A stretch of DNA of 63,370 nt, counting the filler, from Kipferlia bialata (Eukaryota): assembly GCA_003568945.1 (NCBI GenBank). It is 6 parts of 6 records of this genome, joined end to end, with 100 filler letters (N's around TTAATTAATTAA, not from the genome) between each part and the next. Parts side by side here need not be neighbours in the genome. Positions count along the whole stretch, not along the records: positions 1 to 10,505 come from BDIP01001412.1; positions 10,606 to 21,093 come from BDIP01001414.1; 4 more parts are not named here. One strand, given 5' to 3'. Every line of letters starts with the position of its first letter. Within the stretch, counting starts at the first letter, position 1. Of the stretch, positions 1 to 12,712 are shown one piece after another. The translations under genes and the position numbers were made by a program. The notes beneath the pieces are model-generated. The model saw only the letters and a program-made list of their open reading frames with translations. It made no database searches and was not told the DNA's origin.

Positions 1-622
1 TTTTGTTTTTATGTTTTTCCCCCCCCCCCCCCCCCCCCATTTTGTCTTTCTCTCATATGTGGCCCCAGAGGTATGTGCACTCATATTATCTGGGTACTGT
101 GTCTATACGGGGGGGGGCATCTTCCCATAGTTCTAGATCGGTCTCTCTCTCTCTCTCTCCCTCCCTCTCTCTCAATCTGTATGTCTCTCTCTCTCCCAAC
201 CTTCCCTATTTCATACATCCGCGTTCGACCCATATACTATCCATCCCCCTCTCTCCTCTCTCTCTCTCTCTCTCTCCTCTTTCCATTTTCCTCTCAAGGT
301 CAAAGACGAGAGTATGCTCTCTCTCTCTATTCCTCTCCTACTGTCATTTAAGTACTCTCTTACCAGTTCTATCAGTACTTTCCCCCCATCAGGGTCACGA
401 GACACCAAGGGTGACTCTTACATTACCATTCTTACATTATCTCTCCAGGACAACAATACGCTTCTCCCTAAATGACACTCACGTCTATCAACCATCAACT
501 CCCAGGTCAAGAGGCAGGCCAAGGGTGACTGTGACCTATATAGCTATACCCTATGAGCAGTATAGTTATATATGTATATATATATATATATATCAATTAC
601 CCATCTATCCATTAACTCCTAG

Positions 623-3600
623 GTCAAGAGACAGGCCAAGGGTGACTGTGACCTCCTTGTCCTACCCGAGACATGCCTGACAAGGGGAGGGGGGAGGGAC
701 GCAAGGGAGCAGGTACAGTTACATTGAATGGTGTATTTGCATAGTTAATACACCCAGTGTATATATTATTGTGTAAATATTAGGGGGGAGGGACGCAAGG
801 GAGCAGGTATATATACTGCCAGATGATAGAGTGTATATACATATTGTATATATGTGAATACATGGGAGGGTGGGTGATGCGAGAGACGCAAGGGAGCAGG
901 TACATTTACAGTGAATACAGTAGCTTTGCAGTATCAGTATCAGGACCGATACTGTCCTATGTGTGTGTATGATGTCACCCACCCCAGTCCCGTGCCTTCA
1001 CCGAGCACTTTGTTATCTTAGTAACCACCCACTTTATATATGAATTTTTGTGATATATGGATACTATTCCATTGTGATTAACCCACCCCAGTCCCGTGCC
1101 TTCACCGAGCACATCCTATATGTATCTTAATTATAGTTCTTGCTTCTCATTATTATTATATGTCCCTGACCCCCAGTCCCGTGCCTTCACCGAGCACATA
1201 CTATATGTATCTAATCATATAGTTCTTGCTTCTCATTACTATAACATGTCCCTGACCCCCAGTCCCGTGCCTTTACTGAGCACATCCTGCCCTCTCTGTC
1301 TGACCTGGCCAAGTCACTCAACACACCAGTCATAGCACCCATACTGAGGTGGGAGGATGCTATACATACAGACTCATACCTGTATATATAATGTATATAG
1401 TATACATTATATACACATTTCACTCAACACACCGGTCATAGCACCCATACTGAGGTGGGGGAGTCTATACATATGTGTTGTTAAATTGTGTCCCACGTCC
1501 ACCCCCAACCCCCAGACCCCTCCCTACCTGTATATGTTTTTCCATATTATTGTATATGGATATCCCTGTATGCATATATGTATGTATTATTATACTGGTA
1601 GTGTCCCACCCCCAGACCCCTCCCCGCCAACCGTGCCCCCACTGTCCTACCCACATTCACCAAGGACTCACCTTACATACACAAAGCAGGTGATACTGAT
1701 ACTGATACATATAGAAAGCAGGTATTATGAATGGGTGCATACATATACTGATACTGATACATACACAAAGCAAAGGTACCATGTGTGTATAGCAGTTTCG
1801 GACCTTCGCCCTATGCCCCCCCCCCTCCCATACTCCACTGAAGATATCTCTCTCTATTTATGTTGATATCCACTAAACCCAGCCCCCAAGGAGCTCCTCC
1901 TCAACACCCAGCTGGTCATCCACTCCATTGATGATACATATATACAGATAGATATATATATATTTATTTACTATAACGATATCTACTGACCCTAGAGCCC
2001 AAAGAGCTCCTCCTCAACACCCAGCTGGTTATCCACTCCATTGATGATACATATAGATATGTATAGATACAGACATATATACTATAACGATATCGACTAA
2101 CCCCAGAGCCCAAGGAGCTCCTCCTCAACACCCAGCTGGTCATCCACTCCGATGGCAGTCTGTGTGCTGCATACGACAAGATACACATGTTCGAGCTCAT
2201 ATCAAGTGCGTAACCAACATACCTCTCCTCGTAGTGAATGGGTGTGTATTCTTCATTCCCTGTCTCACCCTCAGCCGGTCCCGGTGGCCACTCTGTCAGG
2301 GAGAGAGACACATACGAGCCAGGTGACCACCTGACAGCGGTGAAGGTATGGGGGTAGTATATATCTGCTCTTCATTGTGCAAATTACTGTATATGTATAT
2401 TTATTCCACCCATTGTGTATATATTACCATCTCACCCCCAGCTGAAGGGCTGGAACATTGGTCTGACCACGTGTTATGATGTCAGGTAACAGTTTCAAGA
2501 ACTTGAATTATACACAGTAGCTGTTATGCATATCCTCTCTAACCCCATGTTCCCCGAGCTGTACCGCATGTATATAGTGCATGAGCATCTAACTTGAGTT
2601 ACATATGTATATATGCATTGTAGATGCATATCCTCTCTAACCCATGTTCCCCGAGCTGTACCGCCTGTACCAGGCCCAGGATGATATTGACGCATTCACA
2701 GTGTGCGCCAATTTCACAAGGTCAGATCATGTACATACACCCATGTCTCGCTAACCCATATCTTGTTATGTCTCTTCCACGTTAGCTGATCTAGTGCTAC
2801 TGATGATACTTTTGTTCCATGGATGTATGGTTGTATACACCAATATGAAGCAATACGCAGTCTACACTCTAACTCCCTAGGTTCACCGGCCGTGACCAAT
2901 CTCGGTATCAGTGTCATCATTCTGATATCATACTGATACTGGTACAATGCATATATACACATTCTACATATATATATATACTCTAACTAAATAGGTTCAC
3001 CGGCCGTGACCACTGGCACACCCTGCTCAAGGCAAGGGCCATCGAGAACCAGGTGATGGCACACTCTTAATCACTTACCAACTACTGTACTGATACTGGT
3101 GATCTCATCGCCCTCACCCCTCAGTAGTATCTGCTAGCCCCCATCAATGTATGTCTATTATAGTATAGTATATATGTGTATATATATCAGTGTATCTATT
3201 ACCTTATCTCTAGGCCTATGTCCTTGCCCCCAACCTGGCTGGTGACAATGCTAGGTCGGGACTCGGCTCGTACGGACACACACTCGGTGAGGATCTGGAG
3301 TATGATATTCGTTGTATTTGACTGTTTCTTCTTACAGTGTCTCAGTGTTACAGTGTCTCAGTCTCTCTAACCCTTCAGCCGTTGACCCCTGGGGCAGTGT
3401 GGTGTCAGACCTGGGCACAATGCCAGAGGGAGTAGGTATAGGACTGCATGGAGTATATGTACACACATATATACACACATATATATATGTATGTGGCCTG
3501 GGTACAATGCCAGAGGGAATCGGTTTTTTCTATTGTGCACAGTACATGGATATTGTCGTTGATCTATGTAGTACACACTATTATATATATATATCAGACC

Positions 3601-3809
3601 TGGGCAACGTCAAAGGGAATATGTATAGGGATAGTATAGCAGTTTTTAGGTTGTGCCAAGACAGAGAGTCTCCACTATTATTGAACATTGGTATGTTAAG
3701 TGTATACTGACCTCTAGGCATGGTGACACTGAAGAGAGAGGAGATGGACAAGGCAAGGCAGAAGCTGCAGAGCGTCAGGTGGGGGCACACTGTGGACGAT
3801 GTACCTCTC

Positions 3810-3848
<39 letters not shown>

Positions 3849-4005
3849 TTTGCATAGGGCATCTCATTCGTTGGCAAGCCCACCTAAACTGTAACTGTGC
3901 CCTCCTGTGCTCTGTATTCATCTCAGGGACATCACCCTGATCGACAAGGCCAAGCCCCCTGGCTCTGGTGCCCCATACCCACTCTTCACAGCAGACCTGC
4001 ACTGA
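623..4005 (+). CDS. Carbon-nitrogen hydrolase (nitrilase superfamily, Nit1/deaminated glutathione amidase-like), multi-exon, 5' partial
   Basis: Manual splicing (exons include 623-712, 1263-1348, 1616-1689, 2107-2205; last exon ends TGA 4003-4005) gives DLLVLPE (catalytic Glu), NTQLVIHSDGSLCAAYDKIHMF (Lys), IGLTTCYDVRFPELYR (Cys), TGRDHWHTLLKARAIENQAYV, SYGHTLAVDPWG. All are canonical Nit1-branch motifs in the expected order with consistent intron phases. Confidence 0.93.
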
Positions 4006-4390
4006 TACAGACTAGATGCATACTTGCACTGTTACTATTGGACGGCATTATGTTGGAGGCAGACCTGCACTGAAGCAGAGACATGGTGCTGTGGTTCAGA
4101 CGTGCACTGATGTCATGTTGATATTGTGACAGTGCTGATACCGATACCCAACGAGTTGATCGCTGATTGTGGAAGGGGTAAAGCTGAGTCCGTAACCGAC
4201 TCGGTGACTGGAAGTTGAGGAAATATATATTTGTGAATTCGGTTATTCGTCTCTTGTGGTGTGCCTTGTGTTACAATGTCACAGTGACATTGATATGCAA
4301 AAGTGAAAGGGGGTTGGATCACTAAGCACATTTGCCCACTTTGAAAGTGTGACTTTCTGTGACTGCCTCTCCAACACACTACCCTGTACC

Positions 4391-4620
4391 ATGTGGGTGG
4401 TTGTGGCACTGGCTCTGTGCATATGCATGGCCCTAGCAGGTGTGCCTCCCAGTGGCTTCCTGACTTCCATCAACCAGAGGGCACTCCAGAAGATAGAGGA
4501 CGCCTTCCTGCCGCTGTGCGTTGTATCATGTACTTGTTATGTTGTATGTATATGTATATACTGTAACACCTAGATTGACTGTGAGATATAGTATGTATTC
4601 CTTCCACTGGAAGTGTACGC

Positions 4621-4660
<40 letters not shown>

Positions 4661-7600
4661 CCCATCCTCTCTCCACTCTATACTGCTACTCCTCTGTTCA
4701 TCCACTCTTCACTCACACTCAGGCTAGAGGCCGAGCTGACCCACATCGACGTGCCAGACATCCAGGTGAGTGTATTTTCAGTGTATGACTGTGTATATCT
4801 CTCTCATTATACATGCTCTCTCAGAGAGAGTCTCTCCCCACATTACTGATCCCTTTTCACAATACTTCCCAATTGCTGTCAGTTAATATCTCTCTCTCTC
4901 TCTCTCACTCCTATATATACTCTCTTTTTCTATATAGTGTTCTCTCTCTTTGCTCTCTCTCTCTCTCTCTTCCCTTCTCTCTCTCACTATCTCACTCCAG
5001 CTCAAGGACCCCTTCACCATAGACTTCACGGAGATCGACATCACAGGTGGGTATTTGTATACATATTCATCTATAGGCACTGCCTATTAGGCAGCTTCTG
5101 ATACTGATACTAACATCGACATCACACTGTGGAGTATATTAATTATTGTACATATATTATTAGGTTGTGGTAAAAGGGAGGGCGAATTCGATATGATACA
5201 GGAATTCTGAATCTAGTAGATCTCCCCGTTCCTCCAGTCACCAGCTGGGGCATACTTACTTCAGAGTGTGTAGTAGTCTCTGATACTATATGTATAGTAC
5301 ATCTTATACCATCTGACCCTCCAGTCACCAGCTGGGGCTCCCTCAATGTCAGCTTCAATGACGATGGGGGTATCCACGTCTTCTTCACAGGGTTCAGTCT
5401 GGTCGGTACGGTATACGTGTATATATGTACATGTATGCATATTGCATGTATATATATTCCTGTATTGATTTCTACTTCACAGTGTTCAGTCTGGTGGGTA
5501 GTACCCACTGGGACGGAAGTAATTCATTGCTCTAGGTAGTATATAGATATATCATAGTGTCTATATAGTATAGACTACCCCAGGCTGGATGAAGTGGCAA
5601 GATACCTATATATTATGTGTATATCATATGTACTATATATCCTTTCAGATGTAACCCCCAGGCTGGATGAAGTGGCACTACAAGGACTGGGTGTTGGTGT
5701 CCTATGTACAGGACAGTGGCACGGCCACCCTGGGGTGTGAGGACAGCACGATTGGGTTCCACCTAGACCTGACTGATACATTTGGGGAGTTGACAATGAG
5801 GTATGTATATGTATAGGAGTGTATATATATGTATGGTAGATAGAAGGTTGAATATGAGTGATACTGATACCTTTGACAGCGAGGTCAGTATATCAGTATG
5901 TCAGAGTGTTGTTTCAGTTTATACAGTATAGGTACTGATACGGACACATTTGGGGAGTTGACAATGAGGTATGCATATGTATATCAGAGTTTATAAATAA
6001 TATACATTCATGTATAATAGTGATTCTGACACTGATACCCCTTTGACTGACCCTCAGGGTGTCCCACATGCACAGTGACATTGGGTACATCAGTATATGT
6101 ATGATGGAGTNNNNNNNNNNNNNNNNNNNNNNNNNNNNNNNNNNNNNNNNNNNNNNNNNNNNNNNNNNNNNNNNNNNNNNNNNNNNNNNNNTTATGTACT
6201 TACTATGAGGGTGTCCCACATGCACAGTGACATTGGGTACATCAGTGTGGACACACACGGGTCATGGGCACGTACGTGGAACCAAAGCCTAGACATATGT
6301 ATTCTTCATTTACATATATATATATGCACATATGTAACCATGTGTGTTACAAGCATGACCACGTACGTGGTAGAGTGGTATAGTGTACTATATATTGCTG
6401 GTACCACATACGCAGCCTTCATTTATTCATATATCCCCCCTCCATTCCAGAGTGGATATACGTAGCCATCATGATGGTGGAAACGCCATCTCAGTATATA
6501 TACATGAGTGGATATATATATATATAAATATATGTAGTCTTCACCCATATATATATACATATACACTAACACCCCAGAGTGGATCTATGACGACATCATC
6601 AAGGTTGCCGAGCCCTCTCTGAACAAGAGTGTGCAGGATGCCCTCAACAGTGGCATACCCGATGCGGTGGATGGCATAGCCAGTGGTGTGCTGAGTGAGA
6701 TCAACTGGCTGGCACCCATCGACAACCACGAGTGAGTGAGTTATTACTATACCATAGTTAAGCCTTACTATATAGTGTATACGGGTGGGTACTGGATGTG
6801 TGGGCTAACCCATCTCTCGTATCCAAGTGATACACATTGCCTCACTCCTAAAGTCTGTGATAGTGTCTCTGGTCAGGACACGCCAGAGTGTCATTACACG
6901 TCTACACGCATCTAATATATCCCTCTCTGCCCCTCACCCACAGAGTGGTTGACATGCACCTGACGGTCAGGTCCTGACCACCGACCCTGTTGTGTCACAG
7001 GACGTGGTGGACATATACTGGCTGGGGCAGTTCAAGTGCGGCAGTCATATATATGATACTATTTGACATGTGCAACTCATATACTACTATAATGTATATA
7101 TGTATAAGGATACACAATGTAGATGCTGGCTGGGGCATTTCATGTGCGGCAGTCATATACTCTATGCGTAATGATGAGAGACTCAAGAGTATTGAGAGCA
7201 ATCCAAAGTGGTTTCCTGTATGTATACTCACTGTTACCCCGCTGACCCCAGATGCGGAGATGACCCCTCTAGGCATACATATATATGTGTATGTGTTTAT
7301 GTGTGTATATATTATTATTTATATAGGTATATATGATATATAATATATCTCCCTGACCCTAGATGCACCGATGGCCCCTTTGGCCTCATTCAGTATCAGT
7401 ATCAGTATCATATATATACATGTATACACCTACATATATCATATTACCCCACCTCTGACCCCAGATACACCGATGACCCCTTTAGCCTTGTTGAACTGCC
7501 GTCTGTAATACCCAGTGTGTTTGGACATGACGGCAGCGCATATGACATTGATATAGTGGTATGTGCCTTGTATGTATGTAAATATATGCATACATGTCTG

Positions 7601-9517
7601 TGATCGCATTCCCCACCCAGGGGACTGGGGCTGTGCCCTATTCCATGCACTCCCAGTGTTGATATGCATGTTTGTGTATATATATGTATATATATATGTG
7701 TGTGTGTATATACCATGTATGCGTATGTCTCCTCTATATAACCCCAGGTGACTGGGGGGGTGCCCAACTTCATATGCGGTGCCAGTAGTAGTGTATATGA
7801 AAATTTATACATGTATATACATATGTGTGTATGTGTGTATACTTATATACACGTATATGAATGTATCTAACCCACAGGTGACTGAGGACGTGCCCAACTC
7901 CATGGTGGCAGTGGCAGTCCAGAGGGGGCAGCTGGTACGGGGTGTATATAGATATAGATATAGTGTGCATGATATCCTGTACCTTTACATTCGTGTATGG
8001 AGAGGGGCAGCTGGTACGGGAGGATAGAGCATGAACCTGAACAGAAGACTGTGTAAATTTTGAAAGAGGTTACGATTCTTCTGTCTCGTCTAAGAATGTT
8101 TGCCTTACCGCACTTGAACTATATCACATGGTATGTACTACATAGTAGCACTTGAGTCTTTCCATCCCCACCTTCTTCCTCACCAATCAGAACTTCAACA
8201 TCACCAGTGAGGATCTAGGCGGGTTCCTTGAGATCCGGTATGGCCATGTCTGTAATACCCTAACCTTGCGCTGTTCATTCATGTCCTATGTCTTATGTGT
8301 CATCCTTGGGTATCAGTTTCAGTATCTATATACATACACATATTCCGCTGCTCTCTTGCGTTGGTAGTATTCCTCGATATCCCCCACCCTTTTACAACCT
8401 GTCCAGGTCCATACCCTGAACGCCGCTATTTCTCATACCAGTACACTGTCTTCTTACCCTCATTGTAGCAACCTGCCCCACCCCAGCAACCTGTCCATGT
8501 TCATGCCGTGTCTCAGGGACCTCTTCCCAGATGACCAGATGGCACCCTTCTACCTGTACCTAGAGCCAGTAGGAGTGCCGAAGGTGCACTTTGACACTGA
8601 CACAGGCATCACTGTGGATGCATCTGGGTGTCTCTCTGCACTGTACAGTGATGGGTATGAGGAGTATGACCTGTTTGGTATGGATATTGACCTGTCATTG
8701 AGTGCAAGGCCAGAGATATTCAGCAACTCAACAGGTGTGTAGATGTGTGTATTGCTGATGGGTGTATGTGACAGACGAGTTGCATCTTTAGTGTCAGTGT
8801 CTGACCCAGAAGTGTGTGTCCAGTGTCAGTATCATGCATACATCAGTGTATATAGTGATATATATGTTGTATTTCCAGTGTCTGACTGTATCTAACCCAG
8901 ATGTGTATGTCCACTATCTAGTAGACACTGATACTGGTATACAATTTATATATGTGTATATGCACCTCATATGTCTCTGACCCAGATGTGTATGTCCTGG
9001 CCACCCTAGGGGTAGAGAGTATGGACATCACTAAGACACACTTCCTGTGTGACATGATAGACTTCCAAGGCATAGAGGACCTGGTCAACTCACTGTTTAT
9101 GGACCTGATAGTGCCAGTGTGGTGAGTTCAGAAGTATCTCTCTATTCATCCTAAGACATCTGGGTCTATGTCTCTTTTACTCTTCATGGACTTGATAGTG
9201 CCTGTGTCGTGAGTATCACATCTTCTGTGTCTCCTAATGTGTATGTTTGACTCTATATATGTTAATTCATTCTAACTCAAGGAATGCTCTCTTCAAACAG
9301 TATAGCGGCATTCCGCTCATACCATATGTCATTACCAATATACGTGTACCTATACTCATTACACAACTAAATACCTAGTTACCCCAGGAATGGTCTGTTT
9401 GAGGAGTATGGCGGCATCCCCCTCCCCATGCTGCCTGGGGTAGAGCTGGTAGACCCTGCATTCCTGTATGGACGCCGGATGCTGCAGATAGGCACAGACT
9501 TCGCCATCAGTGTATGA
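4391..9517 (+). CDS. LBP/BPI (TULIP) family secreted lipid-binding protein, multi-exon; contains a 14-nt frameshifting insertion at ~6965-6978
   Basis: ATG 4391 with signal peptide MWVVVALALCICMALAG, then GFLTSINQRALQKI, LTHIDVPDIQ, WHYKDWVLVSYVQDSGTA, HGSWAQWIYDDII, VTEDVPNSMVAVAVQRGQL, and C-terminal GGIPLPMLPGVELVDPAFLYGRRMLQIGTDF; TGA 9515-9517. This matches the two-domain BPI layout. Confidence 0.85.
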
Positions 9518-10505
9518 TGTATAGCATGGGATGGGTGTATGGAGGGACTGCTCATTGCAGTCCTCCATCAGCATATGTTGTGTGCTTGTGTAGTGGCTAT
9601 GTAACAGTCTGAGTGGTCACTAGTAGTAGTGTGTGTTAGTGTTGTTGGTGTTAGCCTTAGATCTAGTGCCTCTCTCTCTCATACGTGGTACATTTTGGAT
9701 GTGCTACTGTGATAAGAGATGGTAGTGTATAATAGACAACTGTGTGTGCAGCAGTCTAATGCCGTGGTTAGATATAGTCCTCACTGGTGGCATATGCCGC
9801 TTATGTCAACGCAAGTTTACCATGTACTTACATTCTAATCACATCAGCAGCCCAATAGGGTGGGGTCGATATACATTGTAACAATACAGAAAGCTGAGTG
9901 GTCTAATAGAAATGTGTGTCTGAACCTCGGCCAGTATGAATCATAATGATAGAGTGTCAGAACGTGTTGGCCAGATGCAATGATCCGCACTGATGATTGG
10001 ATTGGTTCATTGAAACGCATCTCTCTTTGCAATCATATCAAACAGTAGCCATATGCAGTCCTGTGTGAAGCTGTTGATCGGACAGGTGTGTGGATGTTGT
10101 GTTTGGAAAGTGGATGTGATATGTGGTGCTATGTGCTAGAGACCCGGTTGCTCAGATGCCCTTCATTCTCTGTATATCTGCCCCTCATACCTACAGTGAA
10201 CCCTGCTCTCTACACTCATTATGTCCCCTTTCCACCTCCACTGGCTCATTTATAAATACAGATAGTCCCATATCACTATATATCAGGGTTGAGTAGGTAT
10301 CCGTGAGATACGGTTGTGTGGATATACATCTATATACGAAGTCCTATTAACCTCTGTCTTGGTCTGAATACCCACTATATCGTCTTGTATGCTCATGGAG
10401 CGGATTCCAGGCGGCCTACCTCTCTCTCTCTCTCTCTCTCTTTCTCTCTTCCCCCCCCCCCCCCCCCCCCCCCCCCTCCCCCCCCCCCCCCCCCCCCCCC
10501 CCCCC

Positions 10506-10605
10506 NNNNNNNNNNNNNNNNNNNNNNNNNNNNNNNNNNNNNNNNNNNNTTAATTAATTAANNNNNNNNNNNNNNNNNNNNNNNNNNNNNNNNNNNNNNN
10601 NNNNN
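10506..10605. other. Artificial scaffold spacer
   Basis: N44-TTAATTAATTAA-N44 (stops in all six frames); identical 100-bp spacers recur four more times. Confidence 0.98.
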
Positions 10606-10669
10606 GTGGCTATGGCCCATACATAGCCTCAAGAAGTACATTCCCCCCCCCCCCCCCTCTGACCCCCAG

Positions 10670-11406
10670 TGGCGCTGTCAATCTGTTTGACAAGGACAAC
10701 AAGAACGGGGGGACGCTCAGGACACTCCAGGTATGGATATAGTGAATTATGTATAATGATGTGTATGTATAGAGATGTATATATGTGTGTATACTAGCAG
10801 CATACACCCACCCCAGGGCCTGGACTCTGGCAATGAGGCTGTGTCCGGCATGGTGTTCGACACATTCCACAGGTGTGGAGATTAATATCGATATAGTATA
10901 TGATATATGGTGATATGATATATACCATATATATATAGATTGTGCATGAGGCTGTGTCCGGCATGGTGTTCGACACATTCCACAGGCATGTAGATATTAG
11001 TATTGAGTATATAGAGGTTTGCATATGAATGTATACATAATATATCTGCACTGCTTCTAACCCTTAGGCTTCTCTTTGCCTGCAACGGGTCCTCCCTGTG
11101 TGCATGGGATGTAGTTGACACACAGGCACACACACCTGTCGTGTCAAAGCCACTCGGTACGGGACATATGCATACGTCACTCTTAACCTCTCTCTCTCTG
11201 TCTCACCCTCAGGTGCCTGTGCTCTGTCTGTGTCTAGACTGTACTGTATATGTATATTGTATATAATTGTATGTATATATATATATATCTATATATACAT
11301 CTGTCTCTCACTATAGGTGCCTGTGCTCTGTCTGTGTCCAGACTGTCCTCTGAGGACACCCAGGGAGAGGGAGAGGTCACACTCCTCGCAGGTGGGGAAC
11401 ATTGTC

Positions 11407-11438
<32 letters not shown>

Positions 11439-11992
11439 GAGAGGGAGAGGTCACACTTCTGGCAGGAGATGGCTGTTATATATATATATATGTAGTCGAA
11501 TCAAAGGTCTTTTCCGCGACTTCAATGCTACCCTAGGGGGTTGGATGCGGAGATGGCCGTTTCAGTTACACTATGACACACCGTGACTCTGCCTCTATGT
11601 ATGTCTCTCTGTCTGTGACGCTGACCCCTCAGGCTGTGGGGATGGCCGTGTCTTTGTGTACAGCGTCGAGTACACACCCGCATTCCACAGGTAGGGAGTG
11701 GTGTATATATGTAGTGGGAGGGTATATGTGTGTGCAACAGTGTATCAAGCTATCGTTCCACGTGTGGGGACTGCTTGTGTTGGTGATGGATCAATCGAGA
11801 GTGAGTGTTTCTCTGAGAGGGTCTACTCCTGTTCTGTATATCTACTGTATATACCTATCCCCTCTGACCCCATGACCACTCTGTCCTCATACCTTGGCAC
11901 ATATCCTATGAATACACACACACACATATATGTATATATTTATATTAATGTGTGTGTATCCTCTCACCCCAGGGCCACGCTGTCCTCCTCCC

Positions 11993-12025
<33 letters not shown>

Positions 12026-12153
12026 ATACCTCTCTCTATGTACCTATCTCACCCCAGGGCCACGCTGTCCTCCTCCCACCCCCCCATCACAGCTGCACAG
12101 TCACCCATCGCAAAGATCAGGTATGGTAGATGTATGTGCATAGATATCTATAT

Positions 12154-12184
<31 letters not shown>

Positions 12185-12467
12185 ACGTGTCATTGACGGC
12201 CTACTTGTTTATAGGCACAGTCACCCATAGCCACTATCAGGTATGAGAGATGTATGTGTGTGCACAGATCAATGGTTTCCCCCTTGAGTCATGTCTCAAT
12301 GCATATATGTCTTAATATATAAGTATGAGTATATATGTATATGTCTCTGCCTCACCCCCAGGGGTCCAGCTGCCCCCCACCTGGGCATCTCCATCATAGT
12401 GGCACAGGACACAGTCAACTGCGTGAGGTAGGGTATTGTATACATAGATAGTATGTATATATAGATA

Positions 12468-12507
<40 letters not shown>

Positions 12508-12668
12508 ATCATAGTGGCACAGGACACAGTCAACTGCGTCAGGTATATATATATATATATGTATATTGTATATATATATATATATATATATCCATCATAG
12601 TGGCACAGGACACAGTCAACTGTGTCAGGTATGGTATATATATAGAGAGAGAGAGAGTGTGTGTGTGT

Positions 12669-12712
<44 letters not shown>

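Noticed and set aside
3..680. Long ORFs in the supplied track rich in YI/IY, SL/LS or ER repeats
   Set aside because: Translations of intronic microsatellites or antisense frames; they do not match the spliced gene models.
9844..10420. Possible minus-strand kelch-like gene remnant (WLLFDMIAK..., ...YIDPTLLGC*)
   Set aside because: The fragments lie in different frames with stops and no convincing splice sites; I could not build a supportable model.
10506..10605. TTAATTAATTAA palindrome flanked by Ns, recurring every ~10.5 kb
   Set aside because: Identical 100-bp artificial linker between length-sorted scaffolds; not biological, and gene adjacency across it is meaningless.
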